The notes beneath the pieces were generated by a model. The model worked only from the letters and a program-made list of their open reading frames with translations, had not been told where the DNA came from and made no database searches. The translations under genes were made by a program, and so were the position numbers. A stretch of 64,000 nt of DNA from Candidatus Poribacteria bacterium (GTDB lineage Bacteria > Poribacteria > WGA-4E > WGA-3G), in assembly GCA_965205065.1 (NCBI GenBank), contig CBDBFT010000001.1, forward strand, positions 5,681,821-5,745,820. Reading direction: 5' to 3'. Positions 52,912 to 61,497 of this stretch are shown here, in pieces; the first letter of the stretch is position 1; each line of letters begins with the position of its first letter.

Positions 52912-53030
52912 CACTGCAAAGTAGTAGGCACACGCCGTGTGCCGTAATTTCTGAAAACGGCACTGCAAAGTAGTAGGCACACGCCGTGTGCCGTAATTTC
53001 TGAAAACGGCACGCGGAGCGTGCCTACTAC
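52912..53030. repeat. Two tandem 49-bp units plus an inverted partial unit of the GTAGTAGGCAC hairpin family
   Basis: cactgcaaagtagtaggcacacgccgtgtgccgtaatttctgaaaacgg occurs twice (52912..52960 and 52961..53009), then cacgcggagcgtgcctactac (53010..53030). Each unit contains GGCACAC-gcc-GTGTGCC. Confidence 0.9.
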
Positions 53031-53039
53031 CATGTTGGT

Positions 53040-54230
53040 TTAATGTCTTGGAAAAAAAGTGTCAATCCCTGCTTCAATATCATCAATAGGATGTCCATAC
53101 ATTTTTTCATATTTCCTGTGTGATGCAAGTTCGGTTTCAGTCAGATTTGAGATTGGGAATAGAATCGTTTCTCTACTACGTTTGCCAGATTCATTCATTG
53201 CGATGTTCATCTCCTGGTCCTGACGTGCAAGGGCAGCACCATATTCTGGTTCAGTATCATTTTGCACTGCCTTTGCAATACTCAAGAGTTCATCTGCTAT
53301 AGCAATTTGTCGTTCAGCAAGTGGATAGTTTTTGAATGGATTATCCCACGTTACTGTCTTGTCTGGGAGTTCTAATTCAATCTTCTCAATGACATCCACA
53401 CCATTAACCTCAATAGTTGTTCTCTTTGCGCGATGTGCGATACCTTTAGCTCCGGACTGCAGGGCAGATTGCGGTGTTACATATATATCTTCACCGACGA
53501 TTGTTCCCTTGCTTCCATCAATTTGTGATATGCCAGTTTGTCCGCGTCCGAGAGACCGCGCGTGGATAACATTTGAGTATACCATAATAGCAGATGTGTT
53601 GTTGTCAAAGTCAATATAACCGAGGCTCCATCTTTCGTCAGTGTGTTTTCTCTTCATTTGATCAATTATGGGTATTACAGGTGTGTTCTGCGTTATACCC
53701 AGCACTGATTTCGGTTCTCCTCCCGCGCGTAGTCGGAGCATACTCATCCCGTGGTATCCCCCCTCATGAAAGATACGGTAAATTCTTGACACATCACCGA
53801 TAACATCCGCATCAATGACTTCTGACAAAAAACGTTCCCGTGGTGCCCGATAATAGTTTTCTGCTATTTCAAGTTTTACACTGTTTGCTTTAGCACTTTC
53901 AATCATCAGATCAGACATAGGAAGGCTAAGGGCGATAGGTGTTTCGCAAAGGATATGTATACCTGCATCAGCAATAAAGCATGCAATTGCATGGTGTGCG
54001 AAGCTGGGTACTGTAATATCTACAACATCCAGATCTTCCTTATCCACGAGGTCTCGGACGTTTGTGTATGGGTTTGCGCCGTACTGTTTGGCAAATTTTG
54101 TAGCTGTTGCTTCTTCCATATCGCAGATTGCTACAAGATTGTACACATCTTTGAGTTTTGCAATTACAGAAAGATGTGTGCCGCCCCCACGTCTCCCCGC
54201 ACCGATTAATGCTATATTAAGTTTTGACAT
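53040..54230 (-). CDS. Gfo/Idh/MocA family oxidoreductase
   Basis: N-terminal Rossmann motif LNIALIGAGRRGG. 396 aa, with a typical CETP motif (ILCETPIA). Confidence 0.85.
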   Translation of the reverse strand: MSKLNIALIGAGRRGGGTHLSVIAKLKDVYNLVAICDMEEATATKFAKQYGANPYTNVRDLVDKEDLDVVDITVPSFAHHAIACFIADAGIHILCETPIALSLPMSDLMIESAKANSVKLEIAENYYRAPRERFLSEVIDADVIGDVSRIYRIFHEGGYHGMSMLRLRAGGEPKSVLGITQNTPVIPIIDQMKRKHTDERWSLGYIDFDNNTSAIMVYSNVIHARSLGRGQTGISQIDGSKGTIVGEDIYVTPQSALQSGAKGIAHRAKRTTIEVNGVDVIEKIELELPDKTVTWDNPFKNYPLAERQIAIADELLSIAKAVQNDTEPEYGAALARQDQEMNIAMNESGKRSRETILFPISNLTETELASHRKYEKMYGHPIDDIEAGIDTFFPRH

Positions 54231-54436
54231 TTATTTCTCCTTCAATTGACAAAGTATGCATTCGGAATCGCTATTGAGGATATTAAACAAAATTAGCATT
54301 TCTCGTTATTTCTGTCAATAGAAAACAGAGCGTGTCTGGATATATTTCAAACAAATCCACCCCTTCCAATCTTCTGCCAGAAGGGTGTGTAAACATTTTG
54401 TCCCTATAAGTGTGAATTTTGTGACTTCATATCCTC

Positions 54437-54507
54437 TTAATAGTAGTAGGCACGCTCCGAGTGCCGTCTCTTTAATAGTAGTAGGCACGCTCCGAGTGCC
54501 GTCTCTT
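54437..54507. repeat. Two tandem 35-bp units of the GTAGTAGGCAC hairpin family
   Basis: taatagtagtaggcacgctccgagtgccgtctctt occurs twice (the tagtagtagg starts are at 54441 and 54476). Hairpin is GGCAC-gctccga-GTGCC. Confidence 0.9.
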
Positions 54508-54740
54508 ATGAAAAAAGGTGACAAAATACTTACTCACCCACGCGTGATTATTCCATTGACATTCCTCTTAATACCTGTTAATCTATACTATGAAACAAAT
54601 CAGTCTGTACCAGATGGACGTTGGCGGTGACCTTTAGTCCAGATGGGAAGGTGACCGCAAGTGCCAGCGGGAGTACCTTTCTGTTGTGGGAAATCTCCAT
54701 TCTACAGTAACTGATTTTTCTCAAAAGCTGTCTAATCTCA

Positions 54741-55448
54741 ATGGTTGTCCCAGAAAAAATAGATATGTTTGCAGTACTCCTAAAAGACCTTCGCATTTAT
54801 ACGAATTCCCGTAGATACCGAATAGTTCAACTCACAGTTCTATGTTGCCTTGTGCTCTGTTTCTTCCTAAGTACTTTGGAGTTTTATGCCCAAGGTATAG
54901 AAAAGCAATCATCTGGTGTGTTTTTTGATGTTGGCAGACATGTCTATTCAGTTCTCACTGTTTGCATTTACATTACGCAACTGTTGATCCCTAAACATGC
55001 AATTGAATCGATTTACATAGAACGTCCCTCTTATGTGACTAAATATAATACTGATAAGAACAGTGACAATGCTGCTTTATTGGTGCTAACACCTATACCT
55101 TTTTGGAAGATGATTCTCGGAAAAATATCAGCAGTCATTGTGTGGTGGTTTTTTGGGATTTTCTTAACAATACCTTTATTCACATTATCGCTTTATATGG
55201 GTGGCTTGAGCATTTCTCAGCTGATTAAATGTGGTTTTATACTCATCGCAAATAGTCTATTTGTTGCTCTGGTAGGTATAATGTCTGCAATATGGAATCA
55301 TCCTAAACGCGCAGCATCAATCAGTTACGGGATTATATTGACTATCAACATTTTTCCTCTTATTCCTATCACACCTATTGATAGATTCCCGATGCTTAAC
55401 ATGCTGAGTCCGTTACATGCTCTATTGACAGTCTTGTCTTCTCTTTAG
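54741..55448 (+). CDS. Hypothetical polytopic membrane protein
   Basis: 235 aa with about 6 hydrophobic segments. No motif recognised. Confidence 0.5.
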   Translation: MVVPEKIDMFAVLLKDLRIYTNSRRYRIVQLTVLCCLVLCFFLSTLEFYAQGIEKQSSGVFFDVGRHVYSVLTVCIYITQLLIPKHAIESIYIERPSYVTKYNTDKNSDNAALLVLTPIPFWKMILGKISAVIVWWFFGIFLTIPLFTLSLYMGGLSISQLIKCGFILIANSLFVALVGIMSAIWNHPKRAASISYGIILTINIFPLIPITPIDRFPMLNMLSPLHALLTVLSSL

Positions 55449-55640
55449 TCCCGACAAATGCCAAACGCGCATTTGGCGTTGATTTGGTAGGGACTGAAGA
55501 GGGTTTCTGACATCAAATATTCCTTAAGCTTACACCTATAGGTCTCGCCACGCTCTAACCGACATACGAAAGGACTTACGGGAGACCTACGAGAGGATGG
55601 CACGAATTTACAGTAATAGTTAGAGCGAAAGTATCATACA

Positions 55641-57614
55641 ATGCATAAGTTGTCCATAGAATCCTCAACAGACGATGAAACCTATCGATCTAAACACTTA
55701 GGTGTGACCTTTCGTGCTATCCTGATCGGTTTATTGCTAATCCCCCCAAATACCTATTTTATTATGGCAAATCATCTCCGTTACTGGAGTACTTTGCCAA
55801 CGACCATGTCCCTAATTTACAATGTTGTCATTACATTAACACTGTTAACCGGGTTGAATTTCTTGGTTAAACTCTTATTGCCACGGTTTGCCTTGCAACA
55901 GGCAGAACTTCTAACGATTTATGTGATTTTATCGCTATCGTCAGCGATTGCTGGTCACGACATGATGCAAACCGTTATACCCGTGATACCAAACGGGTTT
56001 TGGTTTGCTACACCTGAGAACGAGTGGCAACAACTCTTTTGGCGATATCTACCGAGTTGGATGACGCTTAATGACTTATCCGTATTACAAGATTTCTATG
56101 ATGGGGATACGACATTTTACACAAAGAGGTATCTATCTGCATGGTGGGAACCGATCTTATGGTGGACACTTTTTCTGTCCGTGCTAATTTGGGTGATGAT
56201 CTGTATTGATCTTCTCTTGCGGAAACAGTGGATAGAACGCGAAAGATTGACATATCCAATTGTTCGGTTGCCGATAGAAATGACACATTCAGATGGCAGA
56301 CTCTTCAAGAGCAAGATGTTATGGGTCGGTTTTGCGATCGCAGGAGGCATTGATCTGATCAACGGTATCCATGTGTTCTTTCCTGTATTTCCTGAGATTC
56401 CGGTTCGCGAATTTAATCTCGGCGCGTACTTCACTGAAAAACCGTGGGATGCTATAGGGTGGACACCGATTTACATCCTTTCATTCGGTGTAGGGTTAGC
56501 ATTCTTGATGCCGTTGGAGATGTCATTTTCGCTGTGGTTCTTCTATCTGTTCTGGAAAGGTGAACGGGTTTTGGGTAGAGCGATGGGTCTGCAGATTCTA
56601 CCGGGATTTCCATACCACGGACCGCAAGGTGTAGGTGCATATCTTGGAATCGCTTGTTTTGCACTCTATGGCGGTCGTAGACATATCCTTCATGTTATAA
56701 AGAGAATAATTGGAACAAGAAACGGGAATAGTAAAGGGGGCACTTCAGATGGATACATTGCTCCTGAAATGAAAGATACAACGAACTATCGTTGGGTGTT
56801 TGCTGGACTTGTTGCGGGGATGCTCTTTCTATTTATATTCTCAGGTTATGGTGGCATGGCAGTTTGGATGATCGCGTTGTACTTTCTGATCTATTACTTA
56901 CTTGCTTTGGGGATTACGCGAGTGCGTGCTGAAGTCGGTCCGCCAACACATGAAATGTTCGTAGCGAATCCTCGTCAGTTTATATTGGATGCTTTCGGTT
57001 CACGACCTATTCCGCCACAGAGTCTAACGATGATGTCACTATACTATGCGTTCAATAGAGGTTATCGTGCACATCCTATGCCGCACACATTGGAAGGCTT
57101 TAAACTTGCTGAGGTTGGGAACATGAAAAGCAAACATATCGTAATTGCCATGATGTGTGCAGTCTTTTTTGGTATCCTTGCATCATTCTGGTCATATCTA
57201 ATTGTATCCTACGATATAGGTGCTAATCCAGGTTTAGGGAATGGTGGTTATAACAGACTACGAACTTGGCTATACTATCCGAGTGAGACGAATGTCCCAG
57301 CTGTAACATTTATGGGTGTTGGTTTTCTGTTTACAGGATTATTGTGGTGGCTTCGCTCTCGTTTTCCAATGTTTCCCTTTCATCCAACAGGTTATGCTGT
57401 CGCCAGTAGTATGTGGACATTCGGTTGGCTCTGGTTTTCAGTATTCATTAGTTGGGCAGCAAAAAACCTGATTTTGCGTTTTGGTGGAATTCGTCTATAT
57501 CATCGTGTGATCCCACTGTTCTTAGGTCTAATATTGGGTGAATTCATCGTAGGTGGCACCTGGGTGATCATCAGACTTATATGGGGTGTATCTGTCTATT
57601 CGTTTTATCGTTGA
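55641..57614 (+). CDS. Hypothetical large polytopic membrane protein (657 aa, about 14 or more helices)
   Basis: Long ORF dominated by aromatic-rich hydrophobic helices. No transporter signature recognised. Confidence 0.65.
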   Translation: MHKLSIESSTDDETYRSKHLGVTFRAILIGLLLIPPNTYFIMANHLRYWSTLPTTMSLIYNVVITLTLLTGLNFLVKLLLPRFALQQAELLTIYVILSLSSAIAGHDMMQTVIPVIPNGFWFATPENEWQQLFWRYLPSWMTLNDLSVLQDFYDGDTTFYTKRYLSAWWEPILWWTLFLSVLIWVMICIDLLLRKQWIERERLTYPIVRLPIEMTHSDGRLFKSKMLWVGFAIAGGIDLINGIHVFFPVFPEIPVREFNLGAYFTEKPWDAIGWTPIYILSFGVGLAFLMPLEMSFSLWFFYLFWKGERVLGRAMGLQILPGFPYHGPQGVGAYLGIACFALYGGRRHILHVIKRIIGTRNGNSKGGTSDGYIAPEMKDTTNYRWVFAGLVAGMLFLFIFSGYGGMAVWMIALYFLIYYLLALGITRVRAEVGPPTHEMFVANPRQFILDAFGSRPIPPQSLTMMSLYYAFNRGYRAHPMPHTLEGFKLAEVGNMKSKHIVIAMMCAVFFGILASFWSYLIVSYDIGANPGLGNGGYNRLRTWLYYPSETNVPAVTFMGVGFLFTGLLWWLRSRFPMFPFHPTGYAVASSMWTFGWLWFSVFISWAAKNLILRFGGIRLYHRVIPLFLGLILGEFIVGGTWVIIRLIWGVSVYSFYR

Positions 57615-57615
57615 T

Positions 57616-59019
57616 TTACAACAATTGATCCTCCCACCATGCGACGTAATCAGCATCACTGATATCTGGTGAGAGTCCCCGACTTTCCATTCTGTCGTTG
57701 TATGATTCTTTCATGTTTTCTTTCCAGTATGCAATTATATCATCAGGTTCTGGTGTTTCCCCCATATCCCCTGTTTCTTCAATCCATGTAGCTAATGTTG
57801 TTCGTAAATCCTTGAGAATAGTTGCATGTTTTTCGTCATTTGCAAGGTTATTAACTTCATAAGGGTCGTTCTGTAAGTCATAGAGTTCTTCTTCTGGACG
57901 AGATTTCTGTCTGAAGTGTTCTTGTGCGTCATTCAACTCACCTTTTTCCGCTAATACATTGATTAATGACCAAAGCGGATACTGTAGTTTCTTATATCCG
58001 TTGAACTGCATGTATGGTAAATCGGGATGATAGTTTCGTATAAGTTTGTATTGCTGTGTACGGATGCAACGTATGCGATCAACTGTTCCATCACATCTGT
58101 CACGTGCCGCGAAGATGGCATCGCGTGTTGTTGCTTGTTCTCCGATGAAAGTCTGTCCCTGTACATAATTTGGCACATCAATTCCTGCAAGTTTCAGAGA
58201 AGTTGGCATAAAATCGACACCGCTGACAAGTTTGTTGCTCACTGCGCCTGCTTCTATATTTGCATTGTTACCGGGATATCTGACTATCAACGGAATATGG
58301 ATTCCCCCATCATATAGAAATTGTTTGCAGCGTATGTGTGCCCGTCCATGGTCACTCATGAAAAAGACGATTGTGTTATCGGTAAGTCCTTCATCATCAA
58401 GGCGTTGGAGTATCTTCCCGACCTTTCGGTCTAATATCTGTATACTTTCAAGGTAGAGTGCCCAATCCTTTCGTATAAGCGGATGATCTGGATAATAGTC
58501 TGGTAGTTTGACGTCATCAGGATTGATAGGTCTTTGCGGATCAGGTTTAAAAGTTCGGTGTGTGTCAGGGATATTAATTTGCGCGTAGAAGGGTTGTCCA
58601 TCTGCGCGTTCTTTCCAGTCTATCCCATCAAACGGGTTTTTCCGATCAAAATTGAAATCTGTCTTACCTCGACGGTTATACTTTGGTGGACCGGGACTGT
58701 TGCATGTAAAATATCCTGCTTCTCTAAAACAATCTGTGATGAGTTTCATATCTTCCCGTAACGGTTTATCACGATTGCTTCGATGGTTATGTGCATCAAA
58801 ATGTGTCTGGTATGTCCCCGTAATTAGTGCTGAGCGGCTTGGTGAACAGACTGGACAAGTGACATAAGCGTTGGTAAATCGTGTTCCTTCTGATGCAAGA
58901 CGGTCAATATTCGGTGTTGCTACCGCAGGTGTTCCATAGCACCCTAAATCAGGTGATAGGTCTTCTCCGTATATCCAGAGTATATTAGGTTGAGTTGATG
59001 ATGTTTCTTTTTTTGACAT
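57616..59019 (-). CDS. Sulfatase (arylsulfatase A-like, Cys-type) without a signal peptide
   Basis: NILWIYGEDLSPDLGCYG, CPVCSPSRSALITGTY (CxPSR) and FFMSDHG. The N-terminus MSKKETSSTQP is hydrophilic. Confidence 0.9.
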   Translation of the reverse strand: MSKKETSSTQPNILWIYGEDLSPDLGCYGTPAVATPNIDRLASEGTRFTNAYVTCPVCSPSRSALITGTYQTHFDAHNHRSNRDKPLREDMKLITDCFREAGYFTCNSPGPPKYNRRGKTDFNFDRKNPFDGIDWKERADGQPFYAQINIPDTHRTFKPDPQRPINPDDVKLPDYYPDHPLIRKDWALYLESIQILDRKVGKILQRLDDEGLTDNTIVFFMSDHGRAHIRCKQFLYDGGIHIPLIVRYPGNNANIEAGAVSNKLVSGVDFMPTSLKLAGIDVPNYVQGQTFIGEQATTRDAIFAARDRCDGTVDRIRCIRTQQYKLIRNYHPDLPYMQFNGYKKLQYPLWSLINVLAEKGELNDAQEHFRQKSRPEEELYDLQNDPYEVNNLANDEKHATILKDLRTTLATWIEETGDMGETPEPDDIIAYWKENMKESYNDRMESRGLSPDISDADYVAWWEDQLL

Positions 59020-59259
59020 CTGATCCTCCTATTGGTGGATTTCTTGAGATAAGTTTAGCATGTATAGGAGAATCTGTCAACATAGTGGATGGTAATTACC
59101 ATTGTATTTTTTTAAGACGACTTAACAGACGTCTTTCGCGCATTTCGTGATTCATTCAAAAATCAGAACATAAAAGTGCTTGCTATTCTTATCAATTCTC
59201 AGATATAATTAACAAAAGATGTCTCCACGGTTTCGAGTATTAACAATATTCTCACGTAT

Positions 59260-60165
59260 TTGTCTAAAGGAGAAACACCGATGACAGGCTCTACAGATGA
59301 ACTGAAAATATCTTCTGTTCCAGCAGACACACCAATATTTTATCCTGATACGGATGGTAAACCCATGGCTGCAAGCGACCGTCACAGACGGATTCTCTTT
59401 CGCACAATAGAAAAACTTGAAGCACATTACGCACAACAATCGGATGTTTATGTCTCTGGTGATATACTGATGTATTATGTGAAGGGTGACCCACATCAAG
59501 TGATTTCGCCGGACGTGTTAGTCTCTTTCGGATTAGAGAAAAAAGAACGGCTTACTTATCTTGTCTGGGTTGAGGGTAAAGTTCCTGATTTTGTGATGGA
59601 ATTCAGTAGCAAAACCACTTTTCATGACGATTTAGGACCTAAAAAGGATCGCTATGCTTCCTTAGGAATCCAGGATTACTTCTTATATGATGCGTTAGAT
59701 ATATACCTGCCAACACCACTGATGGGCTTTACATTAGTTGATGGTATATATGTTCCGATTTCCGGTGATGAAGATGGTGGTCTACATTCTGACGTACTAA
59801 GTTTAGATTTCCATGTGGACGATGTAGGTTTAGGAATTTATGATCCTGTTGCGGATGTGTGGCTGCAGCCCCTTGCTGAAACACGCGCTGAGCAGGAAGC
59901 TGCACGCGCTGAGACCGCTGAAACACGCGCTGAGCAGGAAGCTGCACGCGCTGAGACCGCTGAAACACGCGCTGAGCAGGAAGCTGCACGCGCTGAGACC
60001 GCTGAAACACGCGCTGAGCAGGAAGCTGCACGCGCTGGGCAGGAAGCTGCACGCGCTGAGACCGCTGAAACACGCGCTGAGCAGGAAGCTGCACGCGCTG
60101 AGACCGCTGAAACTGAAGTCGCACAACTCCGAGAACAATTGGAACGCTTACAAAGTCTCAGATAA
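59260..60165 (+). CDS. Uma2-family (DUF820) PD-(D/E)xK endonuclease with a C-terminal 14-residue tandem repeat
   Basis: YPDTDGKPMAASDRH, SPDVLVSFG, VWVEGKVPDFVMEFSS and GIQDYFLYD match the Uma2 pattern. The C-terminus is (AETRAEQEAARAET)n. Confidence 0.85.
   Translation: MSKGETPMTGSTDELKISSVPADTPIFYPDTDGKPMAASDRHRRILFRTIEKLEAHYAQQSDVYVSGDILMYYVKGDPHQVISPDVLVSFGLEKKERLTYLVWVEGKVPDFVMEFSSKTTFHDDLGPKKDRYASLGIQDYFLYDALDIYLPTPLMGFTLVDGIYVPISGDEDGGLHSDVLSLDFHVDDVGLGIYDPVADVWLQPLAETRAEQEAARAETAETRAEQEAARAETAETRAEQEAARAETAETRAEQEAARAGQEAARAETAETRAEQEAARAETAETEVAQLREQLERLQSLR
59875..60112. repeat. 42-bp tandem repeat, about 5.5 copies, GC-rich relative to its surroundings
   Basis: Unit gctgaaacacgcgctgagcaggaagctgcacgcgctgagacc. 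One copy carries an extra 21-bp partial duplication (ggcaggaagctgcacgcgctg). Confidence 0.9.
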
Positions 60166-60410
60166 CCCAAAGTCATAATAGGAAATTGGAAGCGAGGAAG
60201 AGGCTACACATAATTCCACACTATACTCTATTTAATCCATGCTTGCTACAACGACACCATAAGCGGCAATCTAAGGGCAATTATACCATGTATCCATAGA
60301 CATCCAATTTAGTATTGACAAAGGAACAAATAATAATTGGAAATTGTTTAGTAAGTGCGTTATCAGTCTCTTTCAGCACAATGTAAGCAGAACATTTAGG
60401 AGATGATAAG

Positions 60411-61241
60411 TTGAGAATTCCATTCTTGAACACATTTAAAAGATATACTCAAAAGGTGGGAAAACCTCCCGGGACCCTTGAATATCTTGGTGAAGAACAA
60501 ACGGAACCTATTCGTATTACAGTATTGGATTACGATGAAACACATTTTCATATAGAAAAAATACAAACATTTGAGACTTGTTTATCTTACAAGGATACTG
60601 AGACAGTAACATGGATACAGATTGAGGGAATACATGATATATCTGTTATTGAAGATATTGGCGAGTGTTTTGGTGTTGACCCACTCTTACTTGAGGATAT
60701 ACTGAGTCCAACTCAGATGCCCAAGATAGAACTTACTGAAAACTTTGTATGTATTTTTTTTAAAAGTCTTGACTATGATACTGAATCCGATAAGATTTCC
60801 AGAGAACAGATTTGTCTTATCGTCGGTCATAACTATGTAATCTCGCTGCAAGAAAACGATAGCAATATTTTCGCTTCCATCCGAAACAGACTTCAAAATG
60901 GACAGGGGAGAATTCGACGAATGCATTCCGGCTATCTTGCCTATGCGTTGATAGATGTAATTGTTGACCACTATTTTGTGGTACTTGATGAAGTCAATGA
61001 ACGAGTGCATGTATTGGAAGAAGAGATCATGAATGAATCTTCACCAGAAGTTCTAAAAAAAGTTAATGATTTAAGAGCAGAACAGCTGTTGCTACGCAGA
61101 CCCATCTTCCCGTTAAGGGATGTCCTGATAGAGATTTTGGACGATGAAATCCCACTATTGAACTTGCTATTTCTTGATTTCTGGGCTCAGACGCACGACA
61201 CGAAATCCAATTGTGTTTTGAATCCAGAGGATAATACTTAA
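60411..61241 (+). pseudogene. corA: CorA-type Mg/Co transporter, N-terminal cytoplasmic domain only (3'-truncated)
   Basis: The N-terminal 250 aa or so look CorA-like (PGTLEYLGE...IRITVLDYD..., LRAEQLLLRRPIFPLRDVL). The ORF ends at 276 aa. There is no GMN motif and no TM helices in any frame of the following 250 nt. Confidence 0.55.
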
Positions 61242-61497
61242 TCTGTTGGTAGACTTCCACCGCTCCATTCGGCAAAAGCTTGGGCATCAAACCACGTTAC
61301 ACCGACCACAGGTTGTTTATCACCGTTGAAATCTTCCGTTTTCTAAGCTTCTTCCACCCCTTTCAAGGTAATGACATAAAAGTTGACTATTTAGCACGTA
61401 ATGATTATAATATTGTAGCTTTGTATTCGTAATTTGATAAGTTATAACGTTTCGACTTGGTAACAACATTCTTGAGGTGATATTGAGGTAAATTAGT

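Noticed and set aside
59729-60178. Four additional ORFs of 100-131 aa on both strands overlapping the 3' end of the Uma2 gene
   Set aside because: All are generated by the GC-rich 42-bp tandem repeat, which lacks stop codons in several frames. Only the frame continuous with the Uma2 core is credible.
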